A DNA stretch of 64,000 nucleotides from positions 64,001 through 128,000 of the forward strand of contig CAVXWP010000013.1 in NCBI GenBank assembly GCA_963765495.1. The letters run 5' to 3'. The position numbers and the translations under genes are program-made. The notes under the pieces were generated by a model, which was not told the DNA's origin, made no database searches, and worked only from the letters and a program-made list of their open reading frames with translations. This DNA comes from Blastocatellia bacterium (GTDB lineage Bacteria; Acidobacteriota; Blastocatellia; UBA7656). This document shows positions 28,362 to 38,300 of this stretch, in pieces (position 1 is the first letter of the stretch; the number at the start of each line of letters is the position of its first letter).

Positions 28362-29511
28362 ATTTCTGTTTGCTCTCTTGGCCTATCTCTGCGCTCAAGG
28401 TGTATTCGTGCCCGTCGCGCAATATTTTTATCGATATTTTTGTGCCCGGCGTCTTGGCCGCGACTATCCGGTTCAACTGCACGTAGGAAGTGACCGTCTC
28501 GCCATCAATGGAGATGATTACATCGTCTTTGCGGAGGCCGGCACGAGCGGCGGGCGTTCCTCGCTCCGAGCGCACGACGAGTACGCCCTGTGTGTCGGGC
28601 GGGAGCTTATTGATTCCTCGAACGTCGGAATCGAGGTCGCGCGTTTCTACGCCGAGAAAGCCGCGCGCAACGCGGCCTCGCTCGATCAACTGGGGGAGGA
28701 TGGCTTTCAGGGAATTGATTGGAATAGAGAAGCTCAAGCCCTGAGAGCCGCCCAGTACAAGCGTATTGATTCCGACGACCCTGCCTTGAATGTTGACGAG
28801 CGGGCCCCCGGAATTGCCCGGATTGATCGCTGCGTCGGTCTGAAGATAATCGTCAAACTGTCCCCCGAATCCACTGCGCCCTTTGGCGCTCACTATCCCG
28901 AGCGTGACCGTGTGATCAAGCCCGAGCGGGTTGCCCACGGCTATGACCCATTCGCCCACGCGAAGGGCATCGCTATCACCGAGTTCGGCTACGGGCAGGG
29001 CGGCTCCGTCGGGCGCAATCTGAAGCAAGGCGATATCGGTCGCTTCGTCAAAACCTTTGACGGAGGCGGGAAACTGCCGTCCGTCGTGCAAGGTGACCAG
29101 CACTCTGTCAACCAGCTTTGTCGGAGCCTCTGCATCCTGATTCCTCAACAGACTGGACCTTTGCGGGCTCGAGCTTGAGATCAGGTGAAAGTTGGTCACT
29201 ATCAGACCCTTGGCATCTATGATGAAACCGCTGCCGAGGTTTTCGCCGTTTTCCGAAGATGAACGGATATTGACCACCACATCATTTATCCTGTCGGCGA
29301 TGTCGGGAATGTCGAGCAGCAACATCTTGCCCTGAGTGGCGGAAGCCGCCTGCGCCGGTGGCGGTTTGACCGACGGCTGTTGCTGAGGAGTTCGACCGGG
29401 CGGACGGGCGGGACCAGTCTGCCCAAGCGCGCTCGACAGCCGCGACTGGATCATCGGCAGACAGAGCATACAAAACAGAGAGAGAATTACGGGAAATCTT
29501 TTTTTATTCAT
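28360..29511 (-). CDS. HtrA/DegP-family serine protease with one PDZ domain
   Basis: GSGFII, TNFH, DIALL, QTDAAINPGNSGGPL and PDZ; signal peptide from ATG 29511. Confidence 0.92.
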   Translation of the reverse strand: MNKKRFPVILSLFCMLCLPMIQSRLSSALGQTGPARPPGRTPQQQPSVKPPPAQAASATQGKMLLLDIPDIADRINDVVVNIRSSSENGENLGSGFIIDAKGLIVTNFHLISSSSPQRSSLLRNQDAEAPTKLVDRVLVTLHDGRQFPASVKGFDEATDIALLQIAPDGAALPVAELGDSDALRVGEWVIAVGNPLGLDHTVTLGIVSAKGRSGFGGQFDDYLQTDAAINPGNSGGPLVNIQGRVVGINTLVLGGSQGLSFSIPINSLKAILPQLIERGRVARGFLGVETRDLDSDVRGINKLPPDTQGVLVVRSERGTPAARAGLRKDDVIISIDGETVTSYVQLNRIVAAKTPGTKISIKILRDGHEYTLSAEIGQESKQK

Positions 29512-29719
29512 TGTTTCGACCAGAGGAAAGATGTTCATCATGCGGATCACTGGCGGGCGCGTGAGTCCGCTGCCCCCGGACATTTCGCGCGGGGCCGTAA
29601 CTCGGTCGCTTGCCCGACCGAGACATCTCGGCGAAAAGGTCTACGTCGTAATCACACTCACGCGACATCTCTTCGCGGATTGCATGCAACTCTTCCAGAA
29701 ATCTTGGCTTGCGATACAT
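29504..29719 (-). CDS. Small protein downstream of PIN gene (putative antitoxin/partner)
   Basis: LEELHAIREEMSRECDYDV resembles small PIN-associated partners; adjacent to PIN gene. Confidence 0.55.
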   Translation of the reverse strand: MYRKPRFLEELHAIREEMSRECDYDVDLFAEMSRSGKRPSYGPARNVRGQRTHAPASDPHDEHLSSGRNNE

Positions 29720-29725
29720 AAAATC

Positions 29726-29799
29726 AGTTTTGAGTTTTGAGTTTTGAGTTTTGAGTTTTCCTGCTCTAATTCAAAACTCAAAACTCAAAACTCAAAACT
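29726..29799. repeat. Heptamer-arm palindromic element (GAGTTTT family), copy 1
   Basis: (GAGTTTT)x4-5...(AAAACTC)x4; shares TAATTCAAAAC...CTTCT with copy at 49441. Confidence 0.88.
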
Positions 29800-29802
29800 T
29801 CT

Positions 29803-30267
29803 TCAGAACTCCGCATTAATCAAAAACTCCGGCGTCACAATCATGGGCACGAAAAAGCCGGCTATCGTGTTGAACAATTGAATGCGCGATTGCCTGTGCA
29901 CATTCGCGATATAGCCGAAATCCCAGGTCACGAGCAGATCGGCTTTGTTGACCGAAGCAATGGCTACGTGCAGGGCATTGCCTATGTACTTGCGATGAAA
30001 TATGCCGCGCGACACATAGCCCTCTGCCAGTATCGCGGCCTCTTCGCTTATATCGAACTTCTCGACGTTTCGAATCAGATTCAGATAAGCGGAGCGACGC
30101 GGCTCGTCGGTTCGCTCAAGTTCCCTGACGACAAGCGGCGATATAAAGGGCGCGTAATCTGAAAGCTCGTGCTCCCACCAGCGTATCGTCAGGTCGCGGC
30201 GAAACGGCTCGCCGTTGTCGAGATACGCGCCGATTACGGATGTTTCCAGATATAAGCTCTTTTTCAT
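29803..30267 (-). CDS. PIN-domain (VapC-like) protein
   Basis: LYLETSVI, ISPLVVREL, NALHVAIA, LLVTWD and IVTPEF. Confidence 0.8.
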   Translation of the reverse strand: MKKSLYLETSVIGAYLDNGEPFRRDLTIRWWEHELSDYAPFISPLVVRELERTDEPRRSAYLNLIRNVEKFDISEEAAILAEGYVSRGIFHRKYIGNALHVAIASVNKADLLVTWDFGYIANVHRQSRIQLFNTIAGFFVPMIVTPEFLINAEF

Positions 30268-30319
30268 AAGCGCCGAAAAAGTAATTCTATCACCTTCGGG
30301 CGCGTGCGGGGAACACTTG

Positions 30320-30448
30320 AGGGATGAGGGATGAGGGATGAGGGATGAAAAAGACCGTAGCGTGAGGACTCGGTGAAAAGCGATTCGTCAGTAATCAAGT
30401 CGATTCCTGAGAGTCCGTTTCATCCCTCATCCCTCATCCCTCATCCCT
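30320..30448. repeat. Heptamer-arm palindromic element (AGGGATG family)
   Basis: (AGGGATG)x4 AAA...TTT(CATCCCT)x4 abutting the aspartyl protease stop. Confidence 0.9.
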
Positions 30449-30449
30449 T

Positions 30450-32123
30450 TCACTGTCGTGTCAGGGTTGCGGTGGTTGGGTCAAAGATCAGTCTTGTGTT
30501 TATGAAATCAATCGTAACGCGGAAATTGCGCAGGAAATCGCCGCCAAGTATTCCGCTCTGCTCGAAACCTGCCGTTTCGTTTATAGCATCGAAGCTCAAT
30601 ACGAGCGCGCGTAAATTCTCTTGCTGCATGGCGGCGACACGGCAATGACGAATCAAGAGCAGAGGGACGTTGTCGGATATGCCTGCCGCGCCGACCACGC
30701 TCACCGTCTGGCCTTTGATTATGCTTTCGCGCAAGTTGAGCCGGTCGACTGCCGCAACCGATATGACCGTAGAACTGGCACCCGAATCGAGTATCGCGTT
30801 TATCCGGTGATTGTTGTCGAGTTCGGTTTCGATGCTGATCAAACCGTTTTGTGTCGTGCGAAACGGGATGACAGCGGCGTCGGGCGAGAAGGCGACCTGT
30901 GATGTCTTGTCGTTTGAGCGATCCAGCCGCATTACCTCGGCGTGGTAATCAAGCTCGGTCAAAAAGTGCGACAGTATCGAAAGTCCTATGAAACCATCGG
31001 CGCGCTCGGCGTCGCCTTTCTCCTTTGAGCCGTGAAAGGGGCGTATGAAGCAGGGAACCGCTTTGATCTTTGCGTCTCCGAGTTCAATCGAATTAATCAG
31101 GCCATAAACTATCTTGAACTGCCCGTCGCCGCCCACGCCCTGTGATGTGCCTCCACGGGCAAGCTCGGAAACCTTGAAGCGTTTGGCGGCCTCTTTGGAA
31201 ATGACCGTAAAACCGGACCCCGTATCTATAACGAATCTGGCATCGCGCCCGTTGAGTTTCACGTCGATATAGGGTCTGCGATCACTGCCCAGATGAAAAG
31301 GCACATCGGTCGTCTTTGCCCCGCCTACATCGTGTATGCTGATCCCGGCCAGTTTACGATAAAAGTGTATCAGCCCTTCTATACGGTCTCGCCGGTCGTG
31401 GTCGGTTTTTGGAGCTATCTCAAGGAACCGCTCATAGGCATCGGCAGCGTCGTTGAACCTCTCTATCCGCGAAGAGGCTCGCGCAAACGTCATAAGGTAA
31501 TCGGGTTCATCCGGGTCGAGCTTGAAAGCGCGGAAAGACCTTGTGCGGGCATCCTCGCATCGGCCCTCAAAGTAATCCACCTCGGCCGCCGCCCCGTGTC
31601 CCATAGGCTCTTTTGGGTCGAGTTTTACGGCCTGAACGATCTCATAAACCGCAGGTGCGATATAGCCCGAACGTATAAGCGCAAACCCCGCGAGCGCATG
31701 ACCCCGGGCGTTATTCGGGTCTATCTTGAGCGCTTCCTTTGCCTGCTCGAAGCAGAGCAGATAGTTCATGTCTTTCAGGTAGGCAAGCGAGATGCCCAAT
31801 CGAGCGTCAATGTCGCTAGGGTCTGATTCAAGCAATTGCTGGTAAAGCTTTATGGCCTGCTCGTACTTGCCCTGGCGTATGGCCTTTCTGCCGTCGCGGC
31901 GCATATTGTCGCGATCATCTTTCCTGCTCTCTTCGGCGAGAGTAGCCGCCCTGTAAGGCGTGACCGCAACCGAAAGTATGAGCGCCATTGCAAGCAGCAT
32001 CGCCGTTGTCAGACGCAGGTAAGACGGAACGCGCGGGCGCGTCCGGCTGAGGGAATGTCGGCTGAGTAGCATTGTTTCAGTTACGGATTGTGATTTTGCG
32101 CTCTCGATACCTTTGACCATCAT
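30450..32123 (-). CDS. TPR plus tandem retropepsin-like aspartyl protease
   Basis: Hydrophobic signal/anchor, TPRs, FVIDTGS..DGFIGLS and AILDSGA..GILGGDFL; start uncertain. Confidence 0.85.
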   Translation of the reverse strand: MMVKGIESAKSQSVTETMLLSRHSLSRTRPRVPSYLRLTTAMLLAMALILSVAVTPYRAATLAEESRKDDRDNMRRDGRKAIRQGKYEQAIKLYQQLLESDPSDIDARLGISLAYLKDMNYLLCFEQAKEALKIDPNNARGHALAGFALIRSGYIAPAVYEIVQAVKLDPKEPMGHGAAAEVDYFEGRCEDARTRSFRAFKLDPDEPDYLMTFARASSRIERFNDAADAYERFLEIAPKTDHDRRDRIEGLIHFYRKLAGISIHDVGGAKTTDVPFHLGSDRRPYIDVKLNGRDARFVIDTGSGFTVISKEAAKRFKVSELARGGTSQGVGGDGQFKIVYGLINSIELGDAKIKAVPCFIRPFHGSKEKGDAERADGFIGLSILSHFLTELDYHAEVMRLDRSNDKTSQVAFSPDAAVIPFRTTQNGLISIETELDNNHRINAILDSGASSTVISVAAVDRLNLRESIIKGQTVSVVGAAGISDNVPLLLIRHCRVAAMQQENLRALVLSFDAINETAGFEQSGILGGDFLRNFRVTIDFINTRLIFDPTTATLTRQ

Positions 32124-32761
32124 TTCAATATCTCCCCGGTCTTTGTGTACCATAAGAGCAGGTCGAGTTCGTCGAAGTCTATACCGACGGTCTCGGCGAA
32201 AAGCTTCATCTTTTCTTCCAGGCCCAGGTACTTCTTTTTAGTGGAGGGAGGCCTGGGGCTTTCGATAATATTCAATTCCGCGAGCCGGGCAAGTATGTGC
32301 TTATCCAGTATCGCATAACCGCGATAGCCCACATTGCGAAGGAAATGGCTCGCTTCCTTGTAGCCCAATCCTCGCACTCCTTTGTTTGCCGCGAAGAAGT
32401 CGCGCCGCTCATCCATTGTCTCGAAACTCGATAGCAACCTGCGCATGCGGAGGTCACAAAAGTCGCGCAAATACTCTCGCGTTTCATAGACATAAGCGCC
32501 GCGAGCATCAGGCCAGCGATGCGCGTGCCTGAGCGCGCCCTGAATCTCTTCAAGAGACCCTGTTATCAGCACGGGCCGCGCTCGCTCGACCGAACGCAAT
32601 CCCATGCGCGCGCTTGCTCCAGCGGTGTAGATGCAGAAGGTCAATTCTTCAAAGAGCCTTTCGTTAGATGCCGAGTCTCTTATCTGTTGAAACTCACTCA
32701 GCCTGGCTAGTATCTCTGGGCGTTTCTCCTGATGGATTCGCTTTAGCTCTTCGATTTCCAA
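32120..32761 (-). CDS. ogg: N-glycosylase/AP lyase (8-oxoguanine glycosylase, archaeal/Thermotoga-type Ogg)
   Basis: LFEELTFCI, GLGYKEASHFLRNVG, AILDKHI and ELDLLLWY.KTG. Confidence 0.88.
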   Translation of the reverse strand: MEIEELKRIHQEKRPEILARLSEFQQIRDSASNERLFEELTFCIYTAGASARMGLRSVERARPVLITGSLEEIQGALRHAHRWPDARGAYVYETREYLRDFCDLRMRRLLSSFETMDERRDFFAANKGVRGLGYKEASHFLRNVGYRGYAILDKHILARLAELNIIESPRPPSTKKKYLGLEEKMKLFAETVGIDFDELDLLLWYTKTGEILK

Positions 32762-33114
32762 GCCGGTTTGCCCTTTCGGCCTTCTGGTGCTGTTGGCATT
32801 CTATGACTGCACACATTGAATGTCAATAAAGCGATTTTTTGCGCATTAAAAGCGCTGAAAAAATTCTGTGAAACTTGTAAAAAATTGTTAAAGTCCCGAT
32901 TTTGCCCATCAATTGCGGAATTTGAGGCACGGGCGGCTAAAAAAAGTTCTAGGCTCGAACGGTGTCCCTGGCCGTTCGAGCCTTACATGTCATCCCTGGC
33001 GGGATGACACGGGATTGGATTGTGGTATCGCATATAATACTCTCACTATTGATTGATTTCAACGGGTTAAAAATCGTTCGGGCGATTGCGCTCGTCCTGG
33101 GATGCGTCTCTTCG

Positions 33115-33125
33115 TGTGATAGAAT
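33115..33125 (+). promoter_or_regulatory. Extended -10 promoter element
   Basis: TGTGATAGAAT about 25 nt upstream of the 33150 ORF. Confidence 0.4.
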
Positions 33126-33149
33126 CAAACGTAGAACCCCGGAAGATCC

Positions 33150-35171
33150 ATGAGGGTAAGAATTATGTGTAAAGTCAAAGTATTTCTGATCCTGGCGCTC
33201 TCATTTTCGCTTGCGCCTGTCGCATCATCCCGACCTCGAAAAATTATCAATATGCCGGTTGCCGCCGGGCAAAAGCCATCCGCCGCAAGGCAGAAGAAAT
33301 CCCGTAAGACCGTAGCTCCGCCTGACCGCTCGCTTCGCTCCCTCAACCGCCTCGCATCGCGTGAAGATTTCAATCGCCTTGCGCGCATATATTACGGCGG
33401 ACGGTTTTATGCCCTCCCTCACCTGATGTTCGCCATAGACCGGCAGGCGCACGACAGGGTCTATTACATAAACTCGAACGCGTTTAAGTTTCACAAGGAT
33501 TTTGTCAACGCTACCTATCTGTCGCTTGAGCGAGGCCGGGCATTTTATGAGAACAACTATCTGAAAAAGGACCGGCGTTTTTTGCTCGGCACGCTGGCCT
33601 ATCAGACGACGGTCGATAAATTCACATTTGAGTTCTGGGAAGGCGACCGCCTGAACTCTGACCTGATGGCCGAAGCCTACCGGGCGCTCAAGGAATCGTT
33701 TTTCGCGCCGCTTTATTTCAAGCCTAATTCGCTGGCTCAGGAAAGCGCCGCAACCGAATTAAACGCGGGCGCGGAGGATTCGGCAAGGATGCCCGTGCTT
33801 ACGGCAAGCGAGCTTGCGCGTGATCGCGCCTATGAACCGCTCAACCTCGGCGAAAGCATTGGCCAGCTTCGCATAATCGATCAGGTGGAGCCGGACACTG
33901 TCATAGACCGCAACCAGATAGTGATTTTCAAAGAGCCGCCCGTGCAACTGACGCCGCTATCGGGCATCATCACGACCGAACCGGCCTCGCCGCTTTCGCA
34001 CGTCAATCTGCTCGCCAAGTCCTGGTCAATACCAAACGCGCATATTAAGGACGCCGATAAACTTTTCAAGCGTCTCGAAGGCAAGTATGTCCGCCTCGAA
34101 GTGCGAGAGAAAGATTTCAGCCTTGAGCCTGCAAATGTGAGCGATGTAGAGAAGCGTCAGCAGCAGTGGGTAAAACGAGGCGATCTTGTGACCCCGCCCG
34201 CCGACCTCGAATACGACCGGATGAGTGACCTGAAAACTCAACGCGCGTCAGATAGTCGGCGGTTCGGAGCCAAGTCGGCCAACCTCGGCGAGATCATAAA
34301 CGCTCACCTTGCGGGCGTAGTCGTGCCGCCCGGCTTTGCGATACCGTTTCATTATTATCAGGAGTTTATTCGCAACAACGATCTGGAAGATCGTATAGCT
34401 CGCGCGGTCGAAGAAGACCGTTTTGTGCACGATCCAAAGTATCGCAAGGAGCGGCTCAGACAGGTGCGGCAATGGATTCAGGAGGGCAAACACGACGAGG
34501 CTTTCGCGGCAAAAGTGCTCGAAAAGGTTCATCGTGAATATCAGGGCAAGGGGCTTTTCGTGCGAAGCTCGACCAATGCAGAAGACCTGCCAAACTTCAG
34601 CGGGGCGGGGCTTTATACGACGGTGCCAAACGTGCGCACCGATCAACAGTTGATGGAGGCGATAAAGACCGTATGGGCTTCGGTGTGGAATTATGAAGCC
34701 TACGAGGCGCGCGAAAGCTTTGGCATGAATCATTTCGGCGTCTATCCGGCGGTGCTCGTTCAGGAAGGCATCAATGCAGACAGCGCGGGCGTTGCGATCA
34801 CTACCGATCCATTTAACCGCAGCAATCGAAGCGCGGTTTATGTAAACGCGAAACGCGGTCTCGGGATAAAAGTCGTCGAAGGCAAGCGTGTCGCCGAACA
34901 GGTGATCTATCGCCCGGATTCAAAGACGATTCAGGTATTGACCCGCTCCGGCGAAGATACGATGCTTGCCTTTGACGAGCACGGCGGTGTGAAAGAGGTA
35001 AGCGTAGATGAGCGCCGCGCGGTGCTGACCGACGAGATGATAAGAAGGCTTTCAAACGCGGCGCTCAAGATCGAGCGAGTCTTTGGCGGACACGATCAGG
35101 ACATCGAGTGGCTTTACCAGAGCGGACAGTTATATATAGTGCAGTCGCGGCCTTACATCGAAGGGAACTGA
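33150..35171 (+). CDS. PEP/pyruvate-binding (PPDK_N ATP-grasp) protein with His-swivel motif and apparent signal peptide
   Basis: SPLSHVNLLAK phospho-His-like motif, then GAKSANL, VPPGF, VRSS..AED...SGAG, DIEW and LYIVQSRP; hydrophobic VFLILALSFSLAP. Confidence 0.8.
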   Translation: MRVRIMCKVKVFLILALSFSLAPVASSRPRKIINMPVAAGQKPSAARQKKSRKTVAPPDRSLRSLNRLASREDFNRLARIYYGGRFYALPHLMFAIDRQAHDRVYYINSNAFKFHKDFVNATYLSLERGRAFYENNYLKKDRRFLLGTLAYQTTVDKFTFEFWEGDRLNSDLMAEAYRALKESFFAPLYFKPNSLAQESAATELNAGAEDSARMPVLTASELARDRAYEPLNLGESIGQLRIIDQVEPDTVIDRNQIVIFKEPPVQLTPLSGIITTEPASPLSHVNLLAKSWSIPNAHIKDADKLFKRLEGKYVRLEVREKDFSLEPANVSDVEKRQQQWVKRGDLVTPPADLEYDRMSDLKTQRASDSRRFGAKSANLGEIINAHLAGVVVPPGFAIPFHYYQEFIRNNDLEDRIARAVEEDRFVHDPKYRKERLRQVRQWIQEGKHDEAFAAKVLEKVHREYQGKGLFVRSSTNAEDLPNFSGAGLYTTVPNVRTDQQLMEAIKTVWASVWNYEAYEARESFGMNHFGVYPAVLVQEGINADSAGVAITTDPFNRSNRSAVYVNAKRGLGIKVVEGKRVAEQVIYRPDSKTIQVLTRSGEDTMLAFDEHGGVKEVSVDERRAVLTDEMIRRLSNAALKIERVFGGHDQDIEWLYQSGQLYIVQSRPYIEGN

Positions 35172-35174
35172 CAG

Positions 35175-35269
35175 GTGATGCGTGATGCATGATGCGTGAT
35201 TTTAACGAGCATGGCGGTTGCAAACAAATCGCAAGCCTGACAAATCACGGATCACGCATCACGGATCAT
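35175..35269. repeat. Heptamer-arm palindromic element (GTGATGC family)
   Basis: (GTGATGC)x3-4...(ATCACGS)x3; loop similar to the 10460 element (ATGGCRGTT...). Confidence 0.8.
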
Positions 35270-35301
35270 TGAGCGTATTACGTATTATTCGAGTTAGAGA
35301 A

Positions 35302-38300
35302 GTGCTTAAAAAAATTCAAATCAGGATAACCTCTCCCGTTGCATCGCTCAGGCGGGCGCGCAGACCTCTGTTTCTACTGCTGCTTGTTACTCTGGTTGCG
35401 GGGACGGCTCGTATGCAGGGGCCTGTTGTCGCGCCGCCTCAGGTCGAAGGCGGCATCATCAGCGGAGTTGCGCAGGATGACAGGAGCGCGCCGCTTGCCG
35501 ATGTAAAGGTTTCCATTTCGTCGAAAGATTTTTCGGCATCCGTGCGTACGCAGGCCGACGGCAAATTCGAATTCCGCAATCTCAAACCGGATACTTATCG
35601 CATCACGGCCGAGGCGGTTGGCTTTCGCAAAGAGAGGACCACCGTAAATATCACACGGCCCGACGAAGCACTAAATCCTGTAATCAAGCTGAGTCCTTCT
35701 TCTTTGCACGTCACGGTCTTTGATGTAAATAACCAGCCACTCGACGGCGTGACCGTAGCCCTCTACACACAGGAGCGGGGAGCGCCGCCGTCGGTTGCTT
35801 CACGCACGACCACAGATGAGAGCGGCGACGCCTATTTTGGCAGACTGTCGCCGGACTCCTATCAGCTTACGGCGGCGCTGCGCGGGTATGAAGAGTATCG
35901 TAACGAGGTCTTTATCTCCTCCGGTATCACTACGGAACTGCCGCTTCAGCTTCTTGTCGCGCCCGTCATACCGATAAATGAAAAATTGACCGAGCGCTTC
36001 AGCGTGCCGAATCTGCCTTCGAAAAACGTTCGCTCGATCTTTCAGGACAGCGAAGGCTGGGTGTGGTTTGGAACCGATAGAGGCATAGCTCGATTCAACG
36101 GCGCGGATTTCAAATCGTCTGCTATGGCCGCTTCTCCGTACGAGCAACTGATAGGCGAAGACGTGCAATCAATAGCCGAAGACCAGCAGGGCACGGTCTG
36201 GCTTGGGACTCCGCGCGGAGTGCGGCGCATCAGCAAGGCAGGGGCGGAGGTTGGAGAGGCTCTGAGCGGGCGCGACGTGCAGGACATCAAGGTCGATTCG
36301 CGCGGCAACGTCTGGCTTGCGACCGCAAGCGGTGTCTTTATGTTTGACGGCAAGGATTTCGTCGCTTTCGGGCAATCCGAAGGACTGCCGTCAAACGATG
36401 TGAGGGCGATTGCCGAAGACAAAAACGGGAAAATCTGGATTGCGACTGCCAACGGCGCGGCTACGATTGACGAAGGCAAGGTGGAGGTCTTCAAACAAGG
36501 GGACGATCTTCGCGGCATATTCGTAGACCGGGCTGGCACGATCTGGTTTGCAACCGCGCGAGGCGTGCAGTTTTATGACGGCAAGCGCGTAAACAATCTG
36601 GATATAGCCGCCTTTAAAACCGCGAGAACTTCGGAGGATGCCGAGAGCGGAGCGCGTGCAATCAGCCAGGACAAACTCGGTCGCATGTGGTTTGCCCTCT
36701 TGAGAGGCGGCGCGCTGATTTACGATCCGGCCCGGCAAGAGTCCCAGCAGATGAGCCTGCTCGACCGCGACCACGTCGCCGTCATCTTTACCGGGCGCGA
36801 AGGAAATGTATGGTTTGGCACCGAAGATGGAGCGGTGCGCGCAGACCTTTACAGCTTTGTCAATTTCACAACCAGCCGGGGCCTTCCCGATAACGACGTC
36901 CGGGCCGTTGTAGAAATGCCGCCCTCCGGCAGCAGCGACATCGAAGGTCGTCTGTGGTTTGCCACCGCCGGAGGCGTGTCGCGCATGGAGGGCGGGCGCT
37001 TCGTGCCCGTAGAGGGATTCCGCCCAAATGTAGAGGTGCGCGCTATAGTCTTTGATCGCGCGGGCGAAGCATGGTTTGCAACCGGGCAGGGCGTCTTTCG
37101 ATCAAGCGGACAGACCCGCACGCAGATAAACGAAGGCAACGGGCTGGCTTCAAACAACGTCCACTATCTGACCCCTGTGACGGGCGGCTCCGCGATGATG
37201 TTTGCAACGGCAAAGGGCGTGAGCGTGTTTAAGAACGGCGAGATACACAGCCTTGAAGGGCTCGCGGGTTATGACGTGCGCCACATCTTCGAAGATGCGG
37301 ACGGACGGCTGTGGTTTGCCACCGCTCGCGGGATTGTAAACTTCAACCCCGCAACCGAAGATGCCAAACTGATAGACACCTCACGCGGACTTGCCGATAA
37401 CGATGCGCGATGGATCACCCGCTTTAACAATCAGTTGCTCGTGGCCACGCGCGCGGGCGTTCAGGTCTACAACGATCAGGATACCAACCGTCCATCATTC
37501 ACAACGCTTGACGGCGAGCCCGCAAACACGCTCTTCGTGGACCGCGACAACTTTCTGTGGATAGGGACCGATGACGGCAAGGTCGAGAAGTTTGCAGCAA
37601 TCGGCGGCTACATGATTCCGCAGGTATATTCGGGAGAGAACTATGCCCTGACGGGCAGCCGCATCAACTCGATCTATGAAGACAGCGAGGGCGAAATTTG
37701 GATTTCGACCGATAAAGGCGCGGTGCGCCATCTGCCGATACGTGTCGCGCCGCTTGCCCGCGTATCGCTTGAAGTAGACGGGCATCCCGATACGCCCTCC
37801 GAGTCAGGGACGTACTCACTTTCCTACGGTCGTCAACGATTGACGTTTCATTTTACGGCCGTCAGCATGAGCGGCGTGAGCATGAACGGCCAGGTGCGTT
37901 ATCTCTACCGCGTAAAATCCGATCAGGGAGAGCGGTGGTCGCTTTTGCCTGTTCAGCCGGGGGTCGAGCGCGAGGTAAACATCTTCAGCCTCGACGCGGG
38001 CACTCATACCTTTGAGCTGATGGCGCTCAACCGCGATCTCTACGGGAAAGACGCACCGGCGGCGGCTCTTTCGATTCGGGTAGGCCAGCCTTTCTGGAAA
38101 CGATGGTGGTTTTATGCTCTGGCGCTCGCGCTCATCGGTATCACCGTGGCTTTTGTAATCACAGCGCGCCGCGCGCGTGAACGCGAATATGTGCTGCCGA
38201 AAGAGTTGCGCTCTTACGTCGCAATCGAACCGAATCCTTATATTGTCGGAAATCCCATCCGCTCGGAAAACATGTTTTATGGCCGCGAGGACGATTTCCG

